The notes beneath the pieces are model-generated. The model worked only from the letters and a program-made list of their open reading frames with translations, searched no databases and was not told where the DNA came from. A stretch of 64,000 bases of DNA from Eubacteriales bacterium (GTDB lineage: Bacteria; Bacillota; Clostridia; Oscillospirales; CAG-272): positions 2,817 through 66,816 of the forward strand of contig JAZRMT010000127.1 in the NCBI GenBank assembly GCA_045647805.1, in the 5' to 3' direction. Each line of letters begins with the position of its first letter. Positions within the stretch are counted from its first letter, which is position 1. Shown in pieces: positions 54,262-63,932 of the stretch. The position numbers and the translations under genes are program-made.

Positions 54262-54636
54262 ATGAACGCTTCATTTAACGTCATTTCGACTCCGAAGCAT
54301 TTTGAATACAAGAGCGGAGAAGGTCTGAAAATATAAAGCATACGAATAGTAGGAGATAACGGTGTGCCTTTGCCCGCTGCTCTTGATATTTTGAAAAAGG
54401 ATTTAAGCTTTGATTTGACCGAAGGCAACGCAGACCTTAAGCTTTACGTAGGAGAAGAAAACTTCCCCGAGCAGACGGTCACAAACGATGTCACAGAGCT
54501 TTTAAAAGAGCGTTTTGCAAGCACTCAAGGCTACGTTATCAAAGGTGACGGAAGTGGCAATACGATTATTCTTGCAAAGTCCGCACAGGGTGCGGCGTAC
54601 GGTCGTCCTGTATATGGCGGGAGCAGGAATTTGTAA
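54262..54636 (+). pseudogene. N-terminal fragment of a GH20-type hydrolase, with an in-frame TAA and a truncation
   Basis: MNASFNVISTPKHFEYKSGEGLKI-TAA(54334-54336)-SIRIVGDNGVPLPAALDILKK...QGYVIKGDGSGNTIILAKSAQGAAYG. It parallels the PVPKKAEYANGTVKI...EGYSVSVKADGVVITAAKRLTLLYG region of the intact GH20 gene at 18914. No catalytic domain follows. Confidence 0.6.
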
Positions 54637-54831
54637 CGGCTCGTCAAACCTTTTCGTTATGCTTGTAATTCCGCTTATGAGTGCATCTATTCTCTACCAC
54701 GTTATGTCGGTTACCTCTTTGATTGCCCCCCTTTTGATTTCAGCATTTGCTTTCAAGGAGCATCTGTCAAAAGGAAGTGGATCGGAGTCGCAATCGGTGT
54801 TGTTTCGGCACTGTTGATGAATTTAAAATAA
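54635..54831 (+). pseudogene. C-terminal fragment of an EamA/DMT-type transporter, also frameshifted
   Basis: NGSSNLFVMLVIPLMSASILYHVMSVTSLIAPLLISAFAFKEHLSK, then the frame is lost at the A4 run 54769-54772. Restoring one A gives KRKWIGVAIGVVSALLMNLK*, a typical EamA C-terminus. No N-terminal half or start codon. Confidence 0.55.
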
Positions 54832-54837
54832 AAAAAT

Positions 54838-54889
54838 CACGAGGACTTGTCGCTTGCTCTGTGGCAAACGCACGGTCCTCGCGTTTTTT
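54838..54889. terminator. A/T-flanked hairpin terminator
   Basis: CGAGGAC (54840-54846) pairs with GTCCTCG (54875-54881). AAAAAA lies upstream and TTTTTT downstream. Confidence 0.55.
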
Positions 54890-54944
54890 GTGATTTATAC
54901 GAGTTTTGACAACTATTATTGTCTTTTAATACAAAGTTGCTATT

Positions 54945-56522
54945 TTACCCACGTTCAAGTATAGACATTGCTACTACGACACCATCTCTTGCCGAGGAGA
55001 TTATTCCACCGGAATAGCCTGCCCCCTCGCCTACGGGATAAAGTCCTTTTATTCCTACCGCAGAGTAGTCCGCTTCCCTCTCTACTCTTACAGGAGAGGT
55101 GCTTCTCGTCTCGGGACCGGTCATAGGGGCATCCGGGTGGTAGAATCCCGGCATCCAGTCGTCAAATTCCCATATAGCGGCTCTCAGCGAATCGGTTACG
55201 ACAGTGGGAAGGTATTCCTCGGGAGAAAAGAGCTCTGTTCCTATCGGATAGGTTGGTCCGATCTCACCAATACTCAAGGCTCCTCTGCACTTAGCGAAGT
55301 CCTCCATTCGCTGAACAGGTGCCTTGTAAGAATCGGTGAGCCTGTAAGCTGCTCTCTCTATTCTCCTTTGAAGAGCAATTCCCGAAAGAGGATCATCCGA
55401 GCAAAAGTCCTCCGGAGTGAGGCTTACAAGAAAGGCTGCATTTGAATTTTCACCGTTTCTCGCATATTCGCTCATACCGTTGGTAACGATTCCGCACTCG
55501 TCACTCGCCGCAGCAACGACCGTGCCTCCGGGACACATACAGAAGCTATAAACGCTTCTGCCATTTTCAAGATGACTGACAAGATGATAGGACGCCGTTT
55601 CTATCCCCTCGGGGGAATTACAGCCGTAAACCATTCGGTCTGTATATTCTCTTTTATGCTCTATTCTGACACCCATTCCAAATGGGCGAGGAGTAAGAAT
55701 AGCTCCTGCATCACGCAATAATTCAAAGGTATCAAGAGCGCTATGACCTGCCGCAAGGATTACCGTATCGGTTACAAAATCCTCTTTTCGTCCGTTTTTT
55801 GCAACATTGCCCCCCGATATTTTGCCTTCCTTTACGAAAAGAGACACGAGCTTTGCTCCAAAATGAACCTCTCCGCCCAGCTCAATTATCTCCTCACGAA
55901 GCTTCTTAACAACGACAGACAGCCTATCCGTACCCACGTGAGCGGTCGTCGAGAAAAGAACGTCGGGCGCGGCTCCGTACTCGACAAATTTATCGAGTAT
56001 CCATTTTTTATACTTATCCTTAGCTCCGACCTTAAGCTTGCCGTCCGAAAATGTACCTGCACCGCCCTCACCGAACTGTACGTTACATTCGGTATCTAGT
56101 ATACAAAGCTCCTCAAAAAGCCTGACCTTCTTTTTTCTTTCATCAACGTCAAGTCCTCGCTCGTACACTATCGGTCTTGCTCCGGCTGTCGCGAGGGCAA
56201 GAGCGGCAAAAAGTCCTGCGGGGCCTGCACCCACCACAACCGGACGAAGTGACGGCAAGTAGCTTTTAAATTCAAGAGCAAGCTCTTCCGACGGCTTGAC
56301 CTTCTTTTTCATTTTAAGCAGCCCTGCTTCACGCTCAGCGGAAAGCTCTGCCTCGACAGTCATATCGTAATGGATATCTCCCTTATCCGAAAGATTAAGC
56401 GAGCGTTTTAAAATATTAAGTTCTTTTACCTCCGAGCGCTCAATGGGAAGAGCGTAGGTCAGAGCATCGTAAAGCTCATCCTCGGTATAACCGACCTTTA
56501 TCTTCAGATTTGTTTTGATCAT
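54945..56522 (-). CDS. FAD-dependent oxidoreductase of the COG2509 type
   Basis: Dinucleotide fold VVVGAGPAGLFAALALA. Length and layout match the conserved uncharacterised FAD-dependent dehydrogenases. Confidence 0.7.
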   Translation of the reverse strand: MIKTNLKIKVGYTEDELYDALTYALPIERSEVKELNILKRSLNLSDKGDIHYDMTVEAELSAEREAGLLKMKKKVKPSEELALEFKSYLPSLRPVVVGAGPAGLFAALALATAGARPIVYERGLDVDERKKKVRLFEELCILDTECNVQFGEGGAGTFSDGKLKVGAKDKYKKWILDKFVEYGAAPDVLFSTTAHVGTDRLSVVVKKLREEIIELGGEVHFGAKLVSLFVKEGKISGGNVAKNGRKEDFVTDTVILAAGHSALDTFELLRDAGAILTPRPFGMGVRIEHKREYTDRMVYGCNSPEGIETASYHLVSHLENGRSVYSFCMCPGGTVVAAASDECGIVTNGMSEYARNGENSNAAFLVSLTPEDFCSDDPLSGIALQRRIERAAYRLTDSYKAPVQRMEDFAKCRGALSIGEIGPTYPIGTELFSPEEYLPTVVTDSLRAAIWEFDDWMPGFYHPDAPMTGPETRSTSPVRVEREADYSAVGIKGLYPVGEGAGYSGGIISSARDGVVVAMSILERG

Positions 56523-56697
56523 CCTCAGCCTGCTTTTTTTATTTTTTCATTTATACTATATCATATTCTCCTCCGCTTTTCAAGTGGCGGGGAGTTTTTT
56601 GTTTTAGACAAAGAAAGTGAATATTTGTCGTTTTTCGGGAAAAACTAGACACATCACGATTTTGGGGATTATCCCCGTGAAAGGAAATTATAAAGTT

Positions 56698-57783
56698 ATG
56701 AAGAAAATTCTATCAGTGATTCTGCTTCTTTGCGTTTTTGTGTCCGCATCGTTATCCTTATTCGGATGTGGAAAAAAGAGCGAGGACGTATCGGTTCTTT
56801 ATTATACCTATAGCGACACTTATATTTCAAGCGTAAGATCGGCTATGGATGATGCACTTGACGAGCTTAAGCTCGGATATCACAACTATGATGCGGCAGG
56901 CAATCAAACCACTCAGACCGAGCAGGTTGATACCGCAATTACCAAGGGGGCAAGACTTCTTATGGTAAACGTTGTGGATACCGGATCGGAGGATGCGGCA
57001 AAGGCGATAATCGAAAAGGCGAAAAGAGCGGATATCCCACTCATATTCTTTAACCGTTCTGTTGACGAAAACGTAATTAAGAGCTATGAAAAATGTGTAT
57101 TCATCGGAACGAATTACGAAGAAGCCGGCATAATTCAAGGAGAAATGATAGGTAATTATCTCGTAGAGAATTACGACAAGCTTGATATTAACGGCGACGG
57201 AAGGATAAGCTACGTTCTTTTCAAGGGGCAGCAGGGCAACCTAGAGGCGGAGTCCAGAACAAAATACGCTGTCGAGGTTGCAAATTCTATACTCGCCAAG
57301 GCAGGAAAGCCCTCGCTCAGCTTCTATGACAAAAAGAACACGCAGGGATATCTTGTTGACCAGAACGGCACCTGGTCAAATGCGGCGGCAAACAATCATA
57401 TGAAGACGCTTCTCTCGGCTTACAGCGAGTCCGGAGGCAATATGGTGGAGCTGGTCATCGCAAATAACGACGAGATGGCACTCGGTGCTCTTGCGGCACT
57501 CGAGGAAGCAGGCTATAACAAATCGGGCGGCAGATTCATTCCCGTGTTCGGAATAGATGCCACAGAGGGAGCTAAAGCAAAGATTCAGTCGGGTGCGATG
57601 ACAGGTACGGTCAAGCAAGACGGCGTGCTCATGGCAAAAACCATTGCAAGGGTTGCCGAAAATCTTCTGCTCGGAAGAGAGCCGTTCATGGAAATTGACG
57701 GAGATATGGTAGCAAGCGAGGTAAGAATAAACATTCCCTACTCTGCTTACGGCTCGGAGGGCGACGGAGGAAGTAATGAATGA
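56698..57783 (+). CDS. mglB: galactose/glucose ABC transporter substrate-binding lipoprotein
   Basis: Lipobox LSLFGC. Collinear by eye with E. coli MglB (IFFNRSVDEN..., FIGTNYEEAGIIQGEMI, VIANNDEMALGA, FGIDAT). Confidence 0.8.
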   Translation: MKKILSVILLLCVFVSASLSLFGCGKKSEDVSVLYYTYSDTYISSVRSAMDDALDELKLGYHNYDAAGNQTTQTEQVDTAITKGARLLMVNVVDTGSEDAAKAIIEKAKRADIPLIFFNRSVDENVIKSYEKCVFIGTNYEEAGIIQGEMIGNYLVENYDKLDINGDGRISYVLFKGQQGNLEAESRTKYAVEVANSILAKAGKPSLSFYDKKNTQGYLVDQNGTWSNAAANNHMKTLLSAYSESGGNMVELVIANNDEMALGALAALEEAGYNKSGGRFIPVFGIDATEGAKAKIQSGAMTGTVKQDGVLMAKTIARVAENLLLGREPFMEIDGDMVASEVRINIPYSAYGSEGDGGSNE

Positions 57784-59278
57784 GGAGCTTCTTCGGATAG
57801 TCGGGCTTTCAAAAAGCTTTCCCGGAGTGAAGGCACTCGACCGTGTCGATCTGACGCTGGAGAGAGGATCCGTTCATGCACTTATGGGTGAAAACGGTGC
57901 GGGAAAATCCACGCTGATGAAATGTCTGTTTGGTGTATATACACCTGAGGAGGGTGAGATTTATCTTGAGGGGGAGCGGGTAAGCTTCCAAAGCCCGAAG
58001 GCAGCGATGCAAATGGGTGTTGCCATGGTTCATCAGGAGCTTAATCAGGCGGAAAAGCTGACGGTTGCAGAAAACATGTGGCTGGGCAGATTTCCGAAGA
58101 TTGCAAAATATTTTCCCTTCTTAAACGAAAAGGAGATGAAAATAAGGACACAAGAGGTCTTTGCCGAGCTAGGCTTAAAGACGGATCCCGATGCTGTGAT
58201 AGAGGATCTTTCTGTAAGCGAAAGACAAATGCTGGAGATCGCGAAGGCGGTCTCCTACAACGCAAAAATAATAGTTTTTGACGAGCCGACCTCGTCCTTA
58301 ACGGAGACCGAGGCGGAAAGGCTTTTTGGAATAATTGAGGCTCTTAAAGCCCGTGGATGCGGAATAGTATATATATCTCACAAGATGGCGGAGATATTAA
58401 GAATATCCGATACTGTCACGGTTATGCGTGACGGACGAAAAATAGCAACCGAGCCTTGCGAGAAAATGACGGTTGAGAAGATCATTCGTCTTATGGTAGG
58501 CAGAGAGCTTTCCTCATTCTATCCCGATAGAAAGCGGAATATCGGAGATACCATACTGACCTGCGAGAATCTTTCGGGTGAATATTCAAGGCTCAAAAAT
58601 GCCAACCTAACCTTAAGAAGCGGTGAAATACTCGGTGTCGCAGGGCTTGAGGGCTCGGGCAGAACAGAGCTGCTGGAAGCGATTTTCGGACTGTCTGTGC
58701 TTTCATCGGGCAGCATAAGTCTAAGTGGAAAAGAAGTACGAAACAGAAGTCCGAGAGAGGCTATAAAAAACGGTTTTGCACTTCTGACGGAGGAACGAAG
58801 GCGATCGGGTATATTCGGAGTGCTGGATATTGCAGACAATACGACGGTCGCATCACAGGAGAAAATTAAAGCCGGGCCTTTCGTATCAAGAAAAAAGGCA
58901 GCAAGGCTTACGGGAAAATACGTTAGCAGAATGAGGATCAAGACGCCTTCCGTCGCTGCAAAAATACAAAATCTGTCAGGCGGAAACCAGCAGAAGGTAA
59001 TTCTTGCGAGATGGCTTCTCACCGATCCTACCGTACTGCTGCTCGATGAGCCTACCAGAGGAATTGACGTAGGTGCAAAATACGAGATATACACACTGCT
59101 CTCCGAGCTTGCCGAGGAGGGGCGTGGGATCATCGTCGTTTCATCCGAGATGCCGGAACTGCTCGGAATAGCTGACAGAATATTGGTTATGAGCGGAGGA
59201 AGAGTTGCCGGGGAGCTGGATGCCAAAACGGCTACTCAAGAAAAAATAATGGAGCTTGCCGCAAAATTTGCGGAATAA
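57776..59278 (+). CDS. mglA: sugar ABC transporter ATP-binding protein (double cassette)
   Basis: First cassette GENGAGKST and VFDEPT. Second cassette GLEGSGRTE, LSGGNQQKV and LLDEPT. Overlaps the mglB stop. Confidence 0.9.
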   Translation: MNEELLRIVGLSKSFPGVKALDRVDLTLERGSVHALMGENGAGKSTLMKCLFGVYTPEEGEIYLEGERVSFQSPKAAMQMGVAMVHQELNQAEKLTVAENMWLGRFPKIAKYFPFLNEKEMKIRTQEVFAELGLKTDPDAVIEDLSVSERQMLEIAKAVSYNAKIIVFDEPTSSLTETEAERLFGIIEALKARGCGIVYISHKMAEILRISDTVTVMRDGRKIATEPCEKMTVEKIIRLMVGRELSSFYPDRKRNIGDTILTCENLSGEYSRLKNANLTLRSGEILGVAGLEGSGRTELLEAIFGLSVLSSGSISLSGKEVRNRSPREAIKNGFALLTEERRRSGIFGVLDIADNTTVASQEKIKAGPFVSRKKAARLTGKYVSRMRIKTPSVAAKIQNLSGGNQQKVILARWLLTDPTVLLLDEPTRGIDVGAKYEIYTLLSELAEEGRGIIVVSSEMPELLGIADRILVMSGGRVAGELDAKTATQEKIMELAAKFAE

Positions 59279-59309
59279 GGACGGGCTAAAGAAACCCGCC
59301 CGAAAAATT

Positions 59310-60422
59310 ATGGAAAATGACGGAATATTTGCCAAAGCGTCCGATGGCATAAGAAAAAAAATCTCGGACGTAAAAGGAAGATGCCACAGCTTCCTTGAAT
59401 TAAGCAGCGGTGAAAAGGCACGGCTTATCCGAGACTTCTTTTTTGATCACGCAATGCTCATTCTACTATCTTTGGCGATAGTTGTAATAGCGATAATAAG
59501 TCCGAGATTTATTTCCACCGCTTCGATAGTAAACATTATTTCCTTAACTGCCGCCAAGCTTCCGATAGCACTGGGAATAGGTGGAGCGATAGTGCTTTCC
59601 GGAACGGATATTTCCGCAGGTAGAATAGTAGGACTTACGGCTTGTATAGGCGCTTCAATGCTCCAAATGTCAACTTATGCTAACAAAATGTTCCCTAATA
59701 TGGGCACTTTACCTGTTGTAATAGTTATAATAACCGTTGTGCTTGTTGGAGCTTTGATAGGTCTTGTAAACGGATTTTTCGTGGCAAAATTCAAGCTTCA
59801 TCCATTCATAGTCACGCTATCGACACAGCTTATCGTTTACGGAATAATTCTTCTGTATTTACAGATAGGCTCTAACGGTGGACAGACACTTTCGGGACTT
59901 GACGCCTCTTATCTTGAGTTCGTTGCAGGGCCTTTATTCCGAATAGGCGGAGTAACAGTACCTAAATACGTTCTGTATTCGATTATAATTACAGCGATTA
60001 TGTGGGTGGTCTGGAACAAAACGACCTTCGGAAAAAATATGTTTGCCGTCGGTTCCAACGCGGAGGCGGCAAGAGTTTCGGGAATCAACGTATTCCTGAC
60101 GGTCGTACTGGTCTTTATGCTTGCGGGTGCATTGTACGCAGTAACCGGTTTTATTGAGGGTGCAAGAATCGGCTCTGCCGCCTCATACACCGGACTTAAT
60201 TATGAATCCGATGCTATTGCCGCCTGCGTTATCGGCGGTGTATCCTTCGTTGGAGGTACAGGTAAAATCGGCGGTATTGTCCTTGGTGTTATTCTGCTTC
60301 AGATAATATTCGTAGGACTGACCTTTTTATCGGTGGATCAGAACATGCTTTATATCATAAAGGGTATAATAATTCTCTCTGCCTGCGCACTCGATATGAG
60401 AAAGTATCTTAAAAAAAGATGA
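59310..60422 (+). CDS. mglC: sugar ABC transporter permease
   Basis: GTDISAGRIVG and multiple TM spans collinear with MglC. The start is uncertain (ATG 59310 or TTG 59256). Confidence 0.8.
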   Translation: MENDGIFAKASDGIRKKISDVKGRCHSFLELSSGEKARLIRDFFFDHAMLILLSLAIVVIAIISPRFISTASIVNIISLTAAKLPIALGIGGAIVLSGTDISAGRIVGLTACIGASMLQMSTYANKMFPNMGTLPVVIVIITVVLVGALIGLVNGFFVAKFKLHPFIVTLSTQLIVYGIILLYLQIGSNGGQTLSGLDASYLEFVAGPLFRIGGVTVPKYVLYSIIITAIMWVVWNKTTFGKNMFAVGSNAEAARVSGINVFLTVVLVFMLAGALYAVTGFIEGARIGSAASYTGLNYESDAIAACVIGGVSFVGGTGKIGGIVLGVILLQIIFVGLTFLSVDQNMLYIIKGIIILSACALDMRKYLKKR

Positions 60423-60435
60423 TTTTAAGCGGTTT

Positions 60436-60469
60436 AATCCCTCTTTGCTATGCTTGGAGGGATTTTTTT
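60436..60469 (+). terminator. terminator of the mgl operon
   Basis: AATCCCTC (60436-60443) pairs with GAGGGATT (60457-60464), followed by TTTTT. Confidence 0.7.
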
Positions 60470-60621
60470 ATTTTTGATCGGCAAAAGTTAATTTTATTCA
60501 TTCCAAAAGATAAAAGTATGTGTAAATATGCATTTTTGATGGGTACGCAATGATTTTTTGAGGATATTTCAGTTTTAAATTCATTTTTTTATTAAAAATT
60601 ATTTTTTTACCGAAAAAATTA

Positions 60622-60650
60622 TTGACTTTAGGCAATTAGAAGTTTATAAT
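60622..60650 (+). promoter_or_regulatory. sigma-A promoter of the pheA-aro operon
   Basis: TTGACT (60622-60627), 17-nt spacer, TATAAT (60645-60650), 32 nt upstream of the pheA ATG. Confidence 0.65.
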
Positions 60651-60682
60651 ATCATATTATATTTAAATAAAAGGTTAATTCA

Positions 60683-61771
60683 ATGGAAAATCTACTGGAA
60701 AAAGCAAGAAAAATCATCAACGAGGTTGACGCCGAGATGGCGGAGCTTTTCGTAAAGAGAATGAGGGCGGCAGAGATGGTCGCCGAGTACAAAAAGGAGC
60801 GCGGACTCTCGATTCTCGATCAAAAAAGAGAGGACGAAATAGTTGCGAAGAACTCGGAGAGGATAGAGGACACGGTTCTTAGAGAATTTTACGTCAATTT
60901 TCTCAAAAACAACATGGCAGTTTCCAGAGCCTATCAGGCAAGGATCATGGAGGGTATGAAGGTTGCCTATTCCGGAACCGAGGGAGCATTCGCTCATATC
61001 GCTACGGAAAAGCTCTTCCCTACTGCGAAAAAGGTTGCTTTTTCGGATTTTGTCAGTGCTTACAAATCGGTCGAGAAGGGGGAGTGTGACGTCTGCGTTC
61101 TTCCCGTCGAAAACAGCTATAACGGTGAGGTTGGTCAGGTCACTGACCTTATGTTCTCGGGCAGTCTTTACGTTAACGGAATGCTCGATCTTGCCGTTAC
61201 TCAAGATCTGCTTTGCCTTCCCGGGGCAAAAATCGGAGATATCAAAAGGGTTGTAAGCCATCCTCAGGCTCTTGGTCAATGTGCAAAATATATTAAGAGC
61301 CGTGAGTTTGAGACCGTTGAGTACAGTAATACGGCACTTGCCGCAAAATACGTTAAGGAGCTTGGCGATCCATCGGTTGCGGCTATTGCAAGCAAGGAGG
61401 CGGCAGATATCTTCGGACTGGAGGTTGCTGATCACGATATCAACGAATCAAAGAGCAACACCACAAGATTTGCCGTATTCTCCAGGGTTGCCGCAAAGAG
61501 CGTTCCAAAAAACATGACTACTCATTCTATACTTCTCTTCACGGTACGAAACGAGGCGGGTGCACTCGCAAAGGCCATCGACGTTATCGGTAATCACGGC
61601 TTCAATATGAGAACACTCAGGAGCCGTCCCATGAAGGAGCTTCTTTGGCAGTATTACTTCTACGTTGAGGCGGAAGGCGAGATACAGACCGAGCAAGGAA
61701 GACTCATGATGGAGGAGCTCGGTGAATTTTGTGACAAGCTGAAATTCGCAGGCACATATTGTAAGGTTTAA
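60683..61771 (+). CDS. pheA: bifunctional chorismate mutase / prephenate dehydratase
   Basis: Chorismate mutase: ELFVKRMRAAEMVAEYKKERGLSILDQKRE. Prephenate dehydratase: VAYSGTEGAFAHIA and ESKSNTTRF. A C-terminal ACT domain follows. Confidence 0.9.
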   Translation: MENLLEKARKIINEVDAEMAELFVKRMRAAEMVAEYKKERGLSILDQKREDEIVAKNSERIEDTVLREFYVNFLKNNMAVSRAYQARIMEGMKVAYSGTEGAFAHIATEKLFPTAKKVAFSDFVSAYKSVEKGECDVCVLPVENSYNGEVGQVTDLMFSGSLYVNGMLDLAVTQDLLCLPGAKIGDIKRVVSHPQALGQCAKYIKSREFETVEYSNTALAAKYVKELGDPSVAAIASKEAADIFGLEVADHDINESKSNTTRFAVFSRVAAKSVPKNMTTHSILLFTVRNEAGALAKAIDVIGNHGFNMRTLRSRPMKELLWQYYFYVEAEGEIQTEQGRLMMEELGEFCDKLKFAGTYCKV

Positions 61772-61794
61772 TTTTATTTTACGGTAAGGTAGAT

Positions 61795-62808
61795 ATGACT
61801 GAATTAAGAATGAACCTCGGTGAGAGGAGTTATACGATAACGGTCGGCAGAGGACTTATCGCACACGCCGACGAATACTTCAATTTAAACCGCAAGGTAT
61901 TTATAGTTACCGACTCCGGAGTTCCCTGCGAGTACGCCAAAGCTGTTGCAGCGGTGTGCAGAAAGGCGAAAATTGTTACGGTACCCGAGGGCGAGGGCTC
62001 CAAGAGCATCGAAACCTACGGCGAGTTATTGTCGGCAATGACCGACTTTGGAATGACGAGAACCGATTGTGCCGTGGCAGTCGGCGGAGGTGTTGTCGGA
62101 GACCTGACAGGCTTTGTCTGTGCCTCTTATATGAGGGGAATTGATTTTTACAACATTCCGACGACTGTGCTGTCGCAGGTTGATTCCTCCATTGGAGGAA
62201 AAACCGCCATTAACCACGGAGGAGTAAAAAATATTGTCGGTGCCTTCCACCAGCCTAAGGGAGTTTTGTGCGATCTCGATACTCTCAGCTCACTCCCAAA
62301 AAGACAGATATCAAACGGACTTAGCGAGGCTGTGAAAATGGCACTGACCTCCGACAAGGAGCTGTTTGAGCTATTTGAGAGCAGCAAGGATCCCTCCGAG
62401 GAGCTTGAAACTATTATTACCAGATCGCTTATGATCAAAAAATCAGTGGTTGAGACCGATGAAAGAGAGGCGGGACTTCGTAAAATACTCAATTTCGGTC
62501 ACACCTTCGGTCATGCTGTTGAGGCAAGAGAGGAAATGAGAGGCTTTTACCACGGTGAATGCGTTGCTATCGGTATGATGGCGGCGGCATCCGACAAGGT
62601 CAAAAAAAGACTTATTCCCGTGCTGGAAAAGCTCGAGCTTCCCTACTCCTACGACGGAGACGTTGAGGCGGCACTTTCATTCATCAGCCATGACAAAAAA
62701 TGCGACGGCAAAAATATCTCGATCATTTTCGTTGATGAAGTAGGTTCGTTCAGAGCCGAAAAGATGGAGGTCGAGGACTTCTTAAATACTGTAAGAGGAG
62801 TTTTTTGA
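61795..62808 (+). CDS. aroB: 3-dehydroquinate synthase
   Basis: GGGVVGDLTGFV, VDSSIGGKTAINH and NFGHTFGHAVE. Confidence 0.9.
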   Translation: MTELRMNLGERSYTITVGRGLIAHADEYFNLNRKVFIVTDSGVPCEYAKAVAAVCRKAKIVTVPEGEGSKSIETYGELLSAMTDFGMTRTDCAVAVGGGVVGDLTGFVCASYMRGIDFYNIPTTVLSQVDSSIGGKTAINHGGVKNIVGAFHQPKGVLCDLDTLSSLPKRQISNGLSEAVKMALTSDKELFELFESSKDPSEELETIITRSLMIKKSVVETDEREAGLRKILNFGHTFGHAVEAREEMRGFYHGECVAIGMMAAASDKVKKRLIPVLEKLELPYSYDGDVEAALSFISHDKKCDGKNISIIFVDEVGSFRAEKMEVEDFLNTVRGVF

Positions 62809-62809
62809 G

Positions 62810-63898
62810 GTGAAAAACAGCTTCGGCAATAACATAACGGTGACTCTATTCGGTGAGAGCCACGGAGAATTCATAGGAGCGGTGGTAGACGGACTTGCTC
62901 CCGGAATTAAAATCGATCACGATTATATCAAAGCAAAGCTTGCTCTAAGACGCCCCAGCGGTAAGATATCAACCGCAAGAGTGGAGGCGGACGAATACAC
63001 CGTTGCAAGCGGTGAATATCAGGGATATACCACGGGCACTCCCCTTACGGTCCTAATCCCCAATACAAATAAAAAAAGCGGTGATTATTCCGGCCTTGCA
63101 AAAAATCCCCGCCCCTCTCATGCGGATTATACCGCAATATGCAAATATCACGGATTTTCTGATCCGAGAGGAGGCGGACATTTTTCGGGAAGAATTACTG
63201 CACCGCTTGTGTTTGTTGGTGCTCTTCTGTCTTCTGCTCTTCGTGAAAAAGGAATACACATCGGAACGCACATTGCTTCTCTTCACGGAATAAGCGACCG
63301 TGATTTTCTTGATTACGAAAAGGATATAATCGCTCTTGCGGACAAGCCCTTCCCTGTTCTTGACGAGCAAAGAGCTGAAGAGATGCGTTGCTTCATTGAA
63401 AAGTGTGCGGAGAAAAAGGATAGTGTAGGCGGAATTCTCGAAAGTGCGGTTATCGGTGTTCCCGCAGGTGTAGGCGAGCCCTGGTTCGACACCGTCGAGG
63501 GACTTATTGCACACGCACTCTTCTCGGTTCCCGGCATTAAAGGAGTTGAATTCGGACTTGGATTCGGCTTTGGCAAAGCGTTTGGAAGCGAGGCTAACGA
63601 TGCTTTCCGCATATCCGAGGGTAAGGTTGTTACCGAAACCAACAACAACGGAGGTGTCAATGGCGGTATTACTAACGGCATGCCCATCTTATTCCGCTCG
63701 GCGGTAAAGCCCACGCCCTCAATATTCAAGACACAACAGAGTGTCAATCTTGAAACAATGACCAACACAGAGCTTACGATTGAGGGCAGACACGACCCGG
63801 CTATCATTCACAGAGCCAGAGCTGTCGTGGATGCGGTAACTGCAATAGTTATTGCTGATATGCTCACGGGAAGATTTGGTACGGATTATCTTGCATGA
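62810..63898 (+). CDS. aroC: chorismate synthase
   Basis: FGESHGEFIGAVVDGLAPG and GRHDPAI. GTG start 1 nt after the aroB stop. Confidence 0.9.
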   Translation: MKNSFGNNITVTLFGESHGEFIGAVVDGLAPGIKIDHDYIKAKLALRRPSGKISTARVEADEYTVASGEYQGYTTGTPLTVLIPNTNKKSGDYSGLAKNPRPSHADYTAICKYHGFSDPRGGGHFSGRITAPLVFVGALLSSALREKGIHIGTHIASLHGISDRDFLDYEKDIIALADKPFPVLDEQRAEEMRCFIEKCAEKKDSVGGILESAVIGVPAGVGEPWFDTVEGLIAHALFSVPGIKGVEFGLGFGFGKAFGSEANDAFRISEGKVVTETNNNGGVNGGITNGMPILFRSAVKPTPSIFKTQQSVNLETMTNTELTIEGRHDPAIIHRARAVVDAVTAIVIADMLTGRFGTDYLA

Positions 63899-63932
63899 TG
63901 TAAATATTTGTTTACCCTAGAGGTTTGTTATT

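Noticed and set aside
54225-54428. A 67-aa minus-strand ORF upstream of the GH20-type fragment.
   Set aside because: It overlaps the start of the plus-strand relic, whose translation has recognisable homology to the intact GH20 gene. The minus-strand product has no features.
56568-56600. A GC-rich hairpin plus T6 that looks like a plus-strand terminator, sitting in the divergent promoter region upstream of mglB with no plus-strand gene before it.
   Set aside because: The same DNA read on the minus strand contains a good promoter for the FAD-protein gene (TTGAAA, 17-nt spacer, TATAGT). The stem has a bulge or G-U pair. It could be an insulator or an mgl attenuator, but I cannot support either from sequence alone.
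60423-60682. A 260-nt AT-rich leader before pheA. I looked for a T-box, a Phe-rich leader peptide or an attenuator, and noted three TTTTTGA(N)GG-like repeats.
   Set aside because: There is no T-box core or specifier architecture. The only mini-ORF (MCKYAFLMGTQ*) has a single Phe. The consensus promoter sits only 32 nt from the ATG, so most of the region is untranscribed spacer. The repeats are too short and AT-biased to be meaningful.
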